Assembly: GCA_963663765.2 (NCBI GenBank)
Contig: CAXXUA010000005.1
Span: 96,001-160,000, forward strand
Length of the DNA: 64,000 bases
DNA from: Candidatus Poribacteria bacterium
Lineage (GTDB): Bacteria > Poribacteria > WGA-4E > WGA-3G
Reading direction: 5' to 3'
The position numbers and the translations under genes are program-made. Below are positions 31,948-42,920 of the stretch, one piece after another (positions within the stretch are counted from its first letter, which is position 1; each line of letters begins with the position of its first letter). The notes under the pieces are model-generated. The model saw only the letters and a list, made by a program, of their open reading frames with translations, made no database searches and was not told where the DNA came from.

Positions 31948-32112
31948 GCACGTTTTCATAACCTAACCGGATTTTCCATTGTACCCAGTGCGGTTAGGTT
32001 GGGAACCACTCCTACCCATGTGTCCCTTCAGTGTAGACTCTTATACATATATACCTATGTTGGGAGGTGATACGTAATCAACCATCTTCCACATTCTGAG
32101 ACTAAATTGCTT

Positions 32113-33288
32113 TTAACTATCTTGATATACAGCTGCAGCAGCACTCACCGCAGTACCAGCATCAACACGGTATCCGAATTCAATGAGGAGTTTTTCAATA
32201 GCATATAGAACCAGCAGCACGTTCTGTTCGTTCGCAGCATCACCCATGAGGCCAATACGCCATGCATTACCAGCAAATATACCTAATCCACCACCGATTT
32301 CAATCCCATAATCTTGTATGAGACGTTTTCGGATAGTAACATCGTCAATACCATCAGGTATACGGAGTGTCGTTAACATCGGGGCGCGATGGTTTGCTGT
32401 GGCAGCAGGTTGTAGACCGATTGCTTCTGCACCAACTATCAGCGCGTTGGCATTCCGTTCATGACGTGCATATCGTTCTGATAGTCCCTCTTCCACAACA
32501 ACGCGTAGTGCTTCACGCAGTGCATAAATCATGGACATAGAGACGGTGTGGTGATACTTACGCGTGTCACCCATCCAGTATTCTTCAAGCAGTGTCACAT
32601 CCATGTAGAAACTCTGAATCTTCGTTGAGCGACTATGAATCACTTCAACTGCACGATCACTAAAACTGATTGGAGAAAGACCTGGAGGACCAGCTAAACA
32701 TTTCTGTGTGCAGCTGTAGGCGATGTCAATCCCGCGTGCATCCATATCAACAGCTTGTCCACCAAGGGACGTAACACAATCTGCTAGCAACAACGCCCCA
32801 TTTTCATGAGCAATTTCTATTATCTGTTCTAAAGGCTGCAAAATACCAGTAGATGTTTCGCCATGCACTATCCCAATCAATTTTGGAATAACTTCGTCGC
32901 ATGCTTCAGCAATCCGTTCCGGTTTTATAATATCTCCCCATTCAGCCTCAACAGAAATTACGTTTGCGCCACATCTTTCTGCAATATCTGCAATTCTACC
33001 TCCGAAGTAGCCATTTATACCAACAACTACCGCATCACCAGGTTCAATTACGTTTGTAAGTGCTGTTTCCATCCCCGCAGTACCTGTGCCAGAAACAGGA
33101 TAAGTAACCCTATTTTGCGTGCCATAAACTTGCCGTATCAATGAAACGGTATCATCCATCACAACAACAAAATCGGAATCTAAATACCCAAGCATAGGCG
33201 TTGTCATCGCTTTTAGCACACGCGGGTTTGCTATACTGGGACCAGGACCAAGTAGGATACGTGAAGGTACTCTTAATTCGTCATGCAC
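32113..33288 (-). CDS. Alanine-glyoxylate / serine-pyruvate aminotransferase (class V)
   Basis: LLGPGPS, HGETSTG, SCTQKCL and YHHT motifs. SD AAGGAG before the GTG at 33288. Confidence 0.92.
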   Translation of the reverse strand: MHDELRVPSRILLGPGPSIANPRVLKAMTTPMLGYLDSDFVVVMDDTVSLIRQVYGTQNRVTYPVSGTGTAGMETALTNVIEPGDAVVVGINGYFGGRIADIAERCGANVISVEAEWGDIIKPERIAEACDEVIPKLIGIVHGETSTGILQPLEQIIEIAHENGALLLADCVTSLGGQAVDMDARGIDIAYSCTQKCLAGPPGLSPISFSDRAVEVIHSRSTKIQSFYMDVTLLEEYWMGDTRKYHHTVSMSMIYALREALRVVVEEGLSERYARHERNANALIVGAEAIGLQPAATANHRAPMLTTLRIPDGIDDVTIRKRLIQDYGIEIGGGLGIFAGNAWRIGLMGDAANEQNVLLVLYAIEKLLIEFGYRVDAGTAVSAAAAVYQDS

Positions 33289-33415
33289 TATTCTATAACT
33301 CCTTCCTTTTTTAAACACACTTACGAGTGCTACCAAAAGATTGACAGTAATTCCGGTGTGTAAAATTGATTAAAGTAAATTTTGCAAGGTAAAACGACTA
33401 TTGTAATAAAACAGA

Positions 33416-33444
33416 ATAGGGACAGGTAAAATACCTGCCCCTAT
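33416..33444 (-). terminator. Terminator after the TPR gene
   Basis: ATAGGGACAGGTA-aaa-TACCTGCCCCTAT hairpin with a U-rich tail on the minus strand. Confidence 0.65.
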
Positions 33445-33471
33445 GAAATACAGGCAACGTCTACCAGATGA

Positions 33472-36400
33472 TTAATTATCCTCCTCAGCATCATGTCGCA
33501 CATCCGGTATATTTTCAGCTGTCATGTAGTCTCTAATCTGGTTCCGCTTGCGGAGACAGTATTCAATCGCATCCTTGACCTGAGTGTCAGTTGGGTCTCT
33601 CAAAGCATATTTGTTTGGTAAGTACTTGAAGTAATACAATGCGTCAGGATAATAAACTGCTTCTTTATTTGCGAGCATTGTATACGCATCCCCTAACCTG
33701 CCGTAAGAGAGGTCACCATACTTAGTGTCAGGATAATCCTTAGCGACCGCTTTGAAGAGTTTAATTACTGCTTCAAGGTCGGACTTTTTGCCGGATCGCT
33801 GTGCCACCCCGAGTGTTTTACGTGCATGCTCATATTCATTGTGCGCAAGGTAACTCAAGGTGTCATTACGGAACGTTTGTGCTTTGGCTTTGGATTCAGC
33901 ACTCAGTCCGGGTGAAGCTATTGCCCGTTCATAATTCTCAATCGCTAATCGGAATAGACGAATTTGATCTGTCTGTTCAAGATTAGGATCTAGAGCGGAG
34001 TTATAGTGGTTATTCCCGATGTTGATGAACGCATCACCCGCGAATTTGCTGTCTTTAAACTCCTTTACAAGAATCTCATTTGTCTCAAAAAGTTTGTCAA
34101 GAAACGCTTTTTCAGCTTCTGCATCACCATCTTCTTTTGCAGTTTCAGACAGATACTGATAACATGTCGCAATAGCATACAAGGATTCGGGAGACTTTTC
34201 ATGAGCTTTGTTAACTCGCCTAACCTTGTCATATTCTATGATTGCCTTGTCATATTGTTCGGTTGTATAGAATGCTTCTCCTGACTGATATTGCCAGAGT
34301 GCTGCATCCTTAGCATTTGGGAAGCGTTTGACAAGATCATTGAACACTTTTGATGAATTTGCAAAGTACGCGATAGCTTGGGGAGACATCTCTTCGTCTA
34401 AACCGACTTGCATCCGTCCTAAGTCATAGTTCGCATTGGCTAAGTAAGTCAAAGCAGTTTCAACATTACTCGTCAAGTCATCAGAAGCGGGGAATACCTT
34501 AGTATCCGCATATTGCACATAAGTGGTTAATGGGTCAACGCATTGTAACAATTCTGCACGACGTTTGAGTCCAATACCGACGGAATAATAGATCTGTCCC
34601 GCTTGGAAAAGCGAACTTTGCGCATACGGTAATACAGTCTCTTTATCCGCTTTTTCTATAGGTGCAGCAAGTTTAGTGACCTCTATGAAGGAAGCACCTG
34701 CCAACCCACTCATATCAACATAAGGCTGCAGTTCAGTTCCCGGTTCGCCAGAAAAGAGCGAACGCGCTTTATTGGAATAAAGTGATCCAAGCTTGTACTG
34801 TGCAGAAACTTTTCCTGAGACTGTCGCATACGGATTATCCTTCAATTTTTTCAAAGAGACTTCCGCCTCTGCAATTGCCTCATCTATACGTCCCAATTTG
34901 ATAAATAGATCTGACTGACGCAGACTCGCATCGCCTACCATTGAAGCAACACCGGCATTCTCCTCAGAACTATAGTCTGTAATTAAGTTCTGGAATACTT
35001 CCAACGCCTTGTCAGGTTGATTAACTTTTTCCTGATAAATCAGTCCCATTCTATACAAGGATTGTGCTTTGACCAAGTTATCTGCCAATTGCGTAGCGTT
35101 CTGGTAATTTTTCAGAGCTTCCTCATACAACTTAAGGTGCTCATCTTGAGCATAAGCCATCGCGAAGTAGGAACGACCTTTCAGGTCTTCTTCTTCGGTA
35201 TTTGCAATAATATATTGATACTCTTTTACTGCAGCTTGATAATTACCTTCACCCGTGTGTAATTCAGCGAGTCTGGAGTGTGATTGAGAAATTAGATTGA
35301 TACGTATATTGTCTTGCGTCTGACCTTCAAGTGCAGTAACTCGCGTGAACGCATCAATTGCACCTTTATTGTCTTTCAACCCCAACTTTGACAAACCGAG
35401 TGTATAACCTGCACTGATGCGATTGTCAACGTTTTCTGTCATTTCCCAGACCTTATCTGCTGCACTTGCGGCATTCATATAGGCGTTCTTCGCACCATCA
35501 ACATCGGTATCTTCACTTTTTCTTGCAATTTGGTAATAGCAAACCGCTGCTTGATATTGAGCATTCGGTGCAATGTCACTGTCAGGGTAACTTTCAACAA
35601 ACTTCAGATATGCCGAAAGTGCCTCCTGATAACGTTCCTTACCATAGTACTCATGCCCAATTTTCAATTGTGATCGCATACGGGTATCATCGGTAGCACC
35701 AGGGTTATCAATGATTCGCTGTAGATTCGCGATCTTACTGTCAATATCATCAGGGTTCGTGTTTTCCAGGGCAGTAACTTTTACAAGATCAATACGTCCG
35801 AGTGTTCTTAGAATAGCACTCTCATCGCTACTGGCAAATTTCTCGTTTGCTTGATCTGCTACCTGCAGTATGAGTGGCCATTTGGACGTATCTCCATGTT
35901 TTTGGGCAGCATCCTGATAGACTAATACCAAACCGAAAAATGCTTCAATTGCGTTTGGACTGTCACCATAATCTGATATCACTTTATTGAAGGCAGCTGA
36001 AGCTTGTTCAACAAGTTCAGGCTTATCAGACGATGCGTAGTAATAGCAAAGTCCTACGAAGTAAAGCGCGTCATCAGCATATTCACCTACTGGATTACTG
36101 TCAACAACTGCTTGATACTGCTTAGCTGCTTCTTCATACCGTTCATCGCTACGAAGTAAGTCGGCAAGTTTTATCTCAGCTAATGAGAGATTATTTTTAT
36201 CAGTAAGTTTCGGTAGTATTGAATCGTAATAGGTGATAGCTTGGGATTTATCTCCCTGTTTCACATAACTATTAGCAATCAATAGGAGTGCACGTTGAAA
36301 ATAATCGCTGGTTTCGGTAATCATTGCATACCGTTCCCGTGCTGTATCCCAGTCACCAAGCATTTCATGTGAAAGTGCTTCATTCATGATACATGCCTCA

Positions 36401-38184
36401 ACTTGGTTTATACGCTCAGGGAGAAAGTCTTGATAACGTCCTTCATTGACACCAGGCAGAAACGCATCATCAGAGAACATCTGTATCGCATCTTGATATG
36501 CTGTAATAGATTTCTGTAGATATTCTGTATTGAAACTATCCGAAGGATCTCCATCTTGATAGCCTTCAGGTTTGGCAGCTTCAAAAAATGAGCGACCTTC
36601 GTAGAATTTACCCATCAATTTTACAAGATGGAACTTCGGTAGGGGTCGGTAATCCCATAACTTAGCATATTCTTCTGCGGCTTCAATATATTGGTGAAAC
36701 TCTGTGCGTTTCATATCGGCGAAACGTAGTTGTACCTCTGCTGCAAGAATGTCATATTCGTTATGGTTTTTGTTCTTTTCAATAAACTCATGGGCAACTC
36801 TCTCAAGTTCTTCCTTACGATCCAAATCATTCAAAGTCCAAATTGCCCCATACAACGCATGGGGTGCAACTGGATTTTCGGGGAACTCATCAACAGTTTT
36901 CTGATACCATTGTAAGGCAAGTTCAAGTGTAGCAGTCCCCTCTTCAGTCTGACCTGAAACATTCTGATTGCTACCTAACTTATAATATGCCTCTCCAATT
37001 TGATACGCGCTATAAGGGGTAAAATCAAGTGATGCGCCTTCAGAACTTAGAAGTTGGCTCTCTTCGTGATCAATTACCGCTTTATATGCAACAATCGCTT
37101 CATCCCAGTTTTCCAATCGAAAATTACTATCAGCTATACCCAGCTTTGCATCACCTTTGAACGTACTTTCGGGATATTCATCAATCAGTTTTGTATAGGC
37201 GATAATAGCATTCTCATAATCGGCTTGATCGTAGTAAGTCTGACCAATAGCAGATTGAATCTCTGATTTGAGAGCTAAGTCTGCTGTATTCTGTAAAGAC
37301 AACTCATAATTTACACGTGCGTTATCATAGTCTTTTTGCTTTGCATAAATACTACCTTGGTCAAAATAGGCTGCGGTCACAAGATTGTGTGAAGGAAATT
37401 GCGTAATAAAGTTTGTATAACGGCTTATCGCTTCATCGTGTCTATCAAGTTGGTTCAGACTGTAAGCTGCTTTATACATGGCCTCCCCATGCAGTTCAGC
37501 ATAATTCTTAAATTCCTCAGTAGCAAACTTGTCAAATTCCGGATATGCCTGTTCAAAGTTTTCTTCATCAAGGAACGACTGAGCAATAAGCATCTGCGCG
37601 TCGTCTTTAAAGTCTGAATTCGGGTAATTAGCGAGAACATTATTGAAGGCTGTCCGACATTCCTGAAAGTTTTCCAACTTATAATTTAGTTGTCCGATAG
37701 AATAATATGCTTTCTCTACTTGTATACTGGTTGGAAAGTTTGCAATTAGTTCTTCAAACTTTGCTTCTGCTTCTGCATATTTCTCTTGTAGATTAAGCAC
37801 ATGTCCCCACAGAAATGTTAAACCTTCTTGATGTGCGGATATTGTTGCATCTGGCGCGACCTTTTCAATATATTCAATCGCTGTATTATAGTGGTTGGCA
37901 TCACCCGATTTTTCTGCTAAATAACTATAGGATACCGCAATCTTAAAGTTAGCCAATGTCGTGAAATCTTTATCAATCACTTCAGTTTTAACACCGCGTT
38001 TCTTTGATTCTTCAAGTGCCTCAGTATATTTAGCGATCGCACCTTCATAATCTTTCTGATTATACATGGCTTCGGCAGATTTAAAGAGTTCCTCAACTTT
38101 TTTAGAACTCCCCATCAAAAAAGGTGAAAGCAGAGCTACGACCAAGGCGAGACCACCAATTACACCCAAAATTCTTGGATTCAT
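33472..38184 (-). CDS. Giant tetratricopeptide-repeat protein (about 1570 aa) with N-terminal anchor
   Basis: Many A...F..LI..YP.S...DA-type TPR units. Hydrophobic N-terminus. AAAGGAG SD before the ATG at 38184. Confidence 0.9.
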   Translation of the reverse strand: MNPRILGVIGGLALVVALLSPFLMGSSKKVEELFKSAEAMYNQKDYEGAIAKYTEALEESKKRGVKTEVIDKDFTTLANFKIAVSYSYLAEKSGDANHYNTAIEYIEKVAPDATISAHQEGLTFLWGHVLNLQEKYAEAEAKFEELIANFPTSIQVEKAYYSIGQLNYKLENFQECRTAFNNVLANYPNSDFKDDAQMLIAQSFLDEENFEQAYPEFDKFATEEFKNYAELHGEAMYKAAYSLNQLDRHDEAISRYTNFITQFPSHNLVTAAYFDQGSIYAKQKDYDNARVNYELSLQNTADLALKSEIQSAIGQTYYDQADYENAIIAYTKLIDEYPESTFKGDAKLGIADSNFRLENWDEAIVAYKAVIDHEESQLLSSEGASLDFTPYSAYQIGEAYYKLGSNQNVSGQTEEGTATLELALQWYQKTVDEFPENPVAPHALYGAIWTLNDLDRKEELERVAHEFIEKNKNHNEYDILAAEVQLRFADMKRTEFHQYIEAAEEYAKLWDYRPLPKFHLVKLMGKFYEGRSFFEAAKPEGYQDGDPSDSFNTEYLQKSITAYQDAIQMFSDDAFLPGVNEGRYQDFLPERINQVEACIMNEALSHEMLGDWDTARERYAMITETSDYFQRALLLIANSYVKQGDKSQAITYYDSILPKLTDKNNLSLAEIKLADLLRSDERYEEAAKQYQAVVDSNPVGEYADDALYFVGLCYYYASSDKPELVEQASAAFNKVISDYGDSPNAIEAFFGLVLVYQDAAQKHGDTSKWPLILQVADQANEKFASSDESAILRTLGRIDLVKVTALENTNPDDIDSKIANLQRIIDNPGATDDTRMRSQLKIGHEYYGKERYQEALSAYLKFVESYPDSDIAPNAQYQAAVCYYQIARKSEDTDVDGAKNAYMNAASAADKVWEMTENVDNRISAGYTLGLSKLGLKDNKGAIDAFTRVTALEGQTQDNIRINLISQSHSRLAELHTGEGNYQAAVKEYQYIIANTEEEDLKGRSYFAMAYAQDEHLKLYEEALKNYQNATQLADNLVKAQSLYRMGLIYQEKVNQPDKALEVFQNLITDYSSEENAGVASMVGDASLRQSDLFIKLGRIDEAIAEAEVSLKKLKDNPYATVSGKVSAQYKLGSLYSNKARSLFSGEPGTELQPYVDMSGLAGASFIEVTKLAAPIEKADKETVLPYAQSSLFQAGQIYYSVGIGLKRRAELLQCVDPLTTYVQYADTKVFPASDDLTSNVETALTYLANANYDLGRMQVGLDEEMSPQAIAYFANSSKVFNDLVKRFPNAKDAALWQYQSGEAFYTTEQYDKAIIEYDKVRRVNKAHEKSPESLYAIATCYQYLSETAKEDGDAEAEKAFLDKLFETNEILVKEFKDSKFAGDAFINIGNNHYNSALDPNLEQTDQIRLFRLAIENYERAIASPGLSAESKAKAQTFRNDTLSYLAHNEYEHARKTLGVAQRSGKKSDLEAVIKLFKAVAKDYPDTKYGDLSYGRLGDAYTMLANKEAVYYPDALYYFKYLPNKYALRDPTDTQVKDAIEYCLRKRNQIRDYMTAENIPDVRHDAEEDN

Positions 38185-38480
38185 CACATTCTCCTTTAAG
38201 TCTAATATTATATGGTAGATTTTAGAATTAATTATACTATCAGAAATGGTGCAGTTAAAAATCCCCACCTACCGTGTTAAGAAAGTATATAAATTATTTT
38301 AAAATTAACCATAATAAGAAAACTACACGGGTGAACTTGAAATTCAGTTTCACCCTATCAATTTTGTCAAATACGGGTTGGATCACACTATCCACCCAGT
38401 CATACTTTAGAAATACCTTGATAATTAATAATTCAAGGTAGAATATAAGACATTATAATGTCCTTCGATTCACAAATTAT

Positions 38481-39383
38481 TCACAATTTACTTATATCAT
38501 AAGGTTCAGGAATAGTTAGTAATTCCGATGGTACATGCATTAAATGCCCAACAAATCCAGACAATTTACGGTACTTGAGTTGGTATTTCTCATATATTGG
38601 AGCATCATGCAAATCCAACGGGAGTGTCGCATAATCATTATCTTGCAAAAGCGGTTGGCTACCCTGGATATCAGGTTGAGAAACAACAATCAAATCTGTA
38701 TCCGTAGCATCTCCAGGAATAGCATCATCTTTGCTTACATGCATTACGATGATGTAATCTTCAGTATTGTTTGCCTTCGGTTCAGAGAGTTTCCAATAGT
38801 CTACTTTCTCAACATTTGCTGCTGATGTAGGCGAATTCACAGCACTTGAAGACTTCCGCTTAGTTCTACGTTCGCTGTAACTTCCCTGTTCTAACTCCGA
38901 ACTCGTATCAAGTTTTCCAGAGTCTATCTCATCAAGAAACACGATTGGTGGAGAAGTTGGGGTTTGGTTTAACAAGTGTGTCACGACAAATCCTGTTACT
39001 ATTAACAAGATGAGGGCACATAACGGTAAACCGTTCTTTCTAAGTAGACTTTCACTACTAAAACTCTGGCGAACCTGTGTGGTAAACATCCAGATGATTT
39101 GCGCAACCATTGTTCTTATGCGTTGATCAAAATGTGTTGGTCCCCTATTTTCAATACAACGATGCAATTCCACCTCAAATTGATGAAAATAATTTTCTGA
39201 TGCTACAGGTTCAACATAGAAATCAACGACAAGATCACGTGTCTTTTTAAATGCAACGACCTCGTGTCGACAAATAGAGCACAATCGTAGGTGCTTTTCT
39301 ATGTTTGCAGCATCACGAGATGATAATGCACCATCTATATAGTCAGATATAAAACGTTGTATGTTATTACATATAAGTTTCAT
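38481..39383 (-). CDS. Zinc-finger (zf-HC2) transmembrane anti-sigma factor
   Basis: HLRLCSIC (HxxxCxxC) and one TM segment; directly downstream of an ECF sigma. Confidence 0.88.
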   Translation of the reverse strand: MKLICNNIQRFISDYIDGALSSRDAANIEKHLRLCSICRHEVVAFKKTRDLVVDFYVEPVASENYFHQFEVELHRCIENRGPTHFDQRIRTMVAQIIWMFTTQVRQSFSSESLLRKNGLPLCALILLIVTGFVVTHLLNQTPTSPPIVFLDEIDSGKLDTSSELEQGSYSERRTKRKSSSAVNSPTSAANVEKVDYWKLSEPKANNTEDYIIVMHVSKDDAIPGDATDTDLIVVSQPDIQGSQPLLQDNDYATLPLDLHDAPIYEKYQLKYRKLSGFVGHLMHVPSELLTIPEPYDISKL

Positions 39384-39478
39384 AATAATTGTCGGTTTTC
39401 AGCTAATTCGCTGTCTGTTGAAACCGCTCTTAAAGAAAAACTAACACTTCAATCTTGATTCAACAAAAAATAATTTTT

Positions 39479-40066
39479 TTACAAATTTTTAGTAGCATCA
39501 ACATAGGGTTTTAATAAATTTCTGAGTTGTTTCCGGGCATAGTGCAATCTTGAACGAACTGTACCTTCTGAACAGTTTAGGATTGATGCTATCTCGGCAT
39601 GTGTTAACCCTTCTAATTCATGTAGGATGACCACAATACGATGTTTGAGTGACAGGCTACTTACTGCTTTCGTCACCCAGTGTCGTAATTCAGCTTTCTC
39701 AGCTTGTATTTGCGGGTCGTTCTTTATGTCAAACTTATGCCGTACATCTGGATGAAATTCAGACTCTTCTGTCGTTGCAAGGGGTATTTCACGACGACGT
39801 TCCCTACGTTTAACAAAGTTGAGTGCTTCATTAACTGCTATACGATATATCCATGTTTCAAAAGCCGCCTCCTGCCGAAAACTATGAATTGACTGATGCA
39901 CCTTAATAAAGGTTTCTTGCATAACATCATTAGCATCCTCGTGGTTCTTCGTAATCTGCATCGCCAGACGATGCACCATACGTTTATACTTCGCAACCAA
40001 CGGTGCTAATGCCGTTTCATCTCCTTCACGGAGATGGTCTATGAGTAATGCTTCAGTCCTTTCCAC
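39479..40066 (-). CDS. ECF RNA polymerase sigma factor
   Basis: DVMQETF, FETWIYRIAVN and EIASILNCSEGTVRSRLHYAR motifs. Confidence 0.95.
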   Translation of the reverse strand: MERTEALLIDHLREGDETALAPLVAKYKRMVHRLAMQITKNHEDANDVMQETFIKVHQSIHSFRQEAAFETWIYRIAVNEALNFVKRRERRREIPLATTEESEFHPDVRHKFDIKNDPQIQAEKAELRHWVTKAVSSLSLKHRIVVILHELEGLTHAEIASILNCSEGTVRSRLHYARKQLRNLLKPYVDATKNL

Positions 40067-40093
40067 GAAAATTTCTCCTCTCGGCTTCTATTA

Positions 40094-40121
40094 TTAGACA
40101 ACACATTTTTTGAAACTGTTC
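40094..40121 (-). promoter_or_regulatory. Putative autoregulatory ECF promoter
   Basis: Minus strand GAACAG-N16-GTCTAA upstream of the sigma gene, similar to sigmaE-type GAAC/GTCTAA. Confidence 0.55.
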
Positions 40122-40131
40122 AATGTTTCTG

Positions 40132-40324
40132 ATGAAGATTAATTTATTAATTCAGTAATAAATATTTCTCACACGGTAGGCGTGCTTTGTAAGCGCGCTG
40201 CTCGAATTTTCATGTGTCAGCGCGCTTACAAAGCACCAAATCAACGGTATGAATGCCATTTAGGCATTCCCCGCCTACCACGGTGGGTTAGATAGAATTT
40301 CCTACTTTATTTATAAATTTTCAT
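40132..40324. mobile_element. MITE family B (TIR ATGAAGATTAAT) with a REP pair, one REP interrupted by the micro-element
   Basis: Homologous to 51107-51375 and 51661-51816. Confidence 0.8.
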
Positions 40325-40699
40325 AAAAACATTATAGCATAAATTCATATTTAAGTGACTTATTTATGGTGAAAATTGAAAATAAGTATACATTTCTACA
40401 ATTTACCATATTGGCTGTAAGTGATTTTGGTGCGCCTTGTTTGTATTAGAAAAAAGTTTGGAATTCATTTGTGTGTATGGGTAATATTATACCTTATGGT
40501 GGTGTGGGTTTGTTGTGTTTTTTGTATTGAGAACAGTATAAATCATGTAAAATCTATTGGGATTCTATTGTTGAAATGTCCTCCAACAAAGATGTTTCGT
40601 GTCATATTGAATGCCTATATTATCATTACCGTATAGGTATTACACTAAAAATAGGTTTTTTTATAGAAAATGCGATTCTAAACCGAATTGGGTTTCAAT

Positions 40700-40732
40700 A
40701 AAAAAGGACAGCATATCCAAGATACGCTGTCC
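40700..40732 (-). terminator. Rho-independent terminator
   Basis: GGACAGC..GCTGTCC stem followed by T6 on the minus strand. Confidence 0.8.
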
Positions 40733-40754
40733 AGTCAGCTAAATAAACAATAAT

Positions 40755-41417
40755 TTACTCTTTAGCTTTAGTGGTAAACGAGAAACTGACATCCCCTGAG
40801 TTTCCAGCAGCATCTGTGGCAGTACCTTCAACTGTATATTCAGTCTCGTTGCTAAGGTTTTGATTAGCACTTCCAGTGAGGGTTACTGTATCGTTATCAA
40901 TGGAAACTGTCCAACCAACATCGTCGCCATCATCTAATAACATGATTTCAGCACTTGCGATAGCTTCGTTGAACGTGATTGTTATAGTGTCTTCAAAGAC
41001 AACTGCTGGGTCAAGGTCTTCAGCACCATTTTCTGGATTACTCGCTGTGACTTCTGGTGCAGTTTCATCTGCTTCAACGACGGTGTATTCTATAGAAGCG
41101 CTGCCTTCGCCATCATCAGGACCGTTTTCCCATGTAATATTAATGGTAAGGGCACCAAGGTCAAAGGGGCCTTTTATTGTTCGACCTTCAACGGTACCAG
41201 CATCCGCAGTAATTGTTCCTGGGCTTCCAGTGAATTTCAATGTGATATCTTGGTTTGCTGCGAGTTCACCTCCGCTATCTGGTGTAGCACCATTAAACAT
41301 AGCTTCGGCTGCATCACCATCGCCATCATCATCATCATCGTCTCCACCACAACCAACCGCGTAAACAGCGAGCAGTGCCGCCATGACTATAGCCAAGGTT
41401 CTAAAAAAAAGTTTCAT
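40755..41417 (-). CDS. Acidic lipoprotein with two Ig-like domains (Big_5-like)
   Basis: Lipobox AVGC, poly-Asp linker, DETAPEV...ITFNE...ATDAAGN...FTT. Single copy of the module repeated in 51949-54897. Confidence 0.85.
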   Translation of the reverse strand: MKLFFRTLAIVMAALLAVYAVGCGGDDDDDDGDGDAAEAMFNGATPDSGGELAANQDITLKFTGSPGTITADAGTVEGRTIKGPFDLGALTINITWENGPDDGEGSASIEYTVVEADETAPEVTASNPENGAEDLDPAVVFEDTITITFNEAIASAEIMLLDDGDDVGWTVSIDNDTVTLTGSANQNLSNETEYTVEGTATDAAGNSGDVSFSFTTKAKE

Positions 41418-41921
41418 GAGTAGGTAACTCCTTAATTAAGGTTTATCAGAATGTAACGTACCTTTGTATCAGGTACTTTCAATTAAATAATGTATTTAAA
41501 AATGGGGTTCCCGATTTGTAGTTTGTTTGTATCGACAATTGCCGTGGAAACCGACCATTATATCAATGTTTAGTCAAAAATTTCAGACTATTTCGTTTGC
41601 CTCCTTCTGCGAAATGCAGAAGTTAGACGGTGCTTTGAGGATAAAACTTTCTAATGAACTGTAACCTCTTAAATACCATTGAATAAGTAATTTCAGTTCC
41701 GAAAGTCAACGCCCAAACTCTGTACCTTTATAGTTTAGCAAATTTTGCAAAACCTGTAAAGATAAAAAAAGAAATTTTCACATAATATTATACAATATTT
41801 GATTGATTTTGTAAAGTGAAAATTAATTTTTTCATTTAGTTGCTTAAATATATCATAATTTCATAATTTTTACAAGAAAAATTCGTTAACATCTATCAGA
41901 TTATTTTAAATCTGCCGACAA

Positions 41922-42920
41922 TTATGTTTCTTCATTTGCAAACAGATCCATTTGTTTTGCAGTATTTCCCCCATTTTGTGCTTGAAGTCGTTCAGGATCC
42001 GCTAACATTTCAACAACATCACCAAGTAGATTAGGGGAGAATGGAATCGCTCCTTTCCGAATGAGTTGACGTGTGCCATCACTCTTGTGATTACCAGCAG
42101 ACCAATGACATGCGAAAACGGGTCGGTCTTGAAGCTGCGCGTATCGGGCTGCATGCATTGCACCCCCATCTATGGAAGTTTCAACCACTATGGTTGCAAA
42201 AGAGAGACCACTAATAATACGATTTCGCATCACAAGATTGGCTGGTGTTGGTGGTGTTGGGAAAGGATGTTCTGAAAAAAGACACCCTGTTTCATATATT
42301 TTTAGCGCAAGATCTCGGTTTTCACGCGGATAAATTGTTGATAAATCTGTTGATAAAACACCTATTGTTGTACCATTTAACCCTAATGCACCGAAGTGAG
42401 CTGTGGTATCTATACCCACAGCAAGACCACTCACAATTGTCCAACCTTTTTCAACTAAACGCATAGAAAGTTCAAGTGTTACATTAATACTGGCAGCAGC
42501 TGGAAGTTTGCTTCCCACAATCGCCACGCACTTGTCGCTTACTTTAGATAACTCTCCTGTTTTGCAAAGTACCATCGGGGCATCTTGCGAAGATTTTAGA
42601 AGCGTTGGATATTCCACATCATGAGGAAAAAGAACTTTTATTCCCTGTTCGGATAGTTCGTCTAACCTTTGTCGCAATTCCGGGAATCTGTTCCGCACAA
42701 CCAAAATACGTGACGCTAACATTGGGTTGAATTGCGGTAGCTGCGCTATCTCAACTAAATCTGCATCAAAAACGTGTTCTGCACTACCGAAACGTTCTAA
42801 CAAACGTCTAATCCGAACCGCACCTATACCTTCGACTGAAGCAAGCGCAAAAAGATAATCCCGGCTTTTCTTATCGACAGTTTCTCCAAAATGTGACATA
42901 AATTCTACAAATACTTTCAA
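41922..42920 (-). CDS. dprA: DNA-processing protein DprA
   Basis: VAIVGS, IVSGLAVGIDTTAH and RNRIISGLS motifs; N-terminal GIG HhH. Start may be the ATG at 42899. Confidence 0.92.
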   Translation of the reverse strand: MKVFVEFMSHFGETVDKKSRDYLFALASVEGIGAVRIRRLLERFGSAEHVFDADLVEIAQLPQFNPMLASRILVVRNRFPELRQRLDELSEQGIKVLFPHDVEYPTLLKSSQDAPMVLCKTGELSKVSDKCVAIVGSKLPAAASINVTLELSMRLVEKGWTIVSGLAVGIDTTAHFGALGLNGTTIGVLSTDLSTIYPRENRDLALKIYETGCLFSEHPFPTPPTPANLVMRNRIISGLSFATIVVETSIDGGAMHAARYAQLQDRPVFACHWSAGNHKSDGTRQLIRKGAIPFSPNLLGDVVEMLADPERLQAQNGGNTAKQMDLFANEET

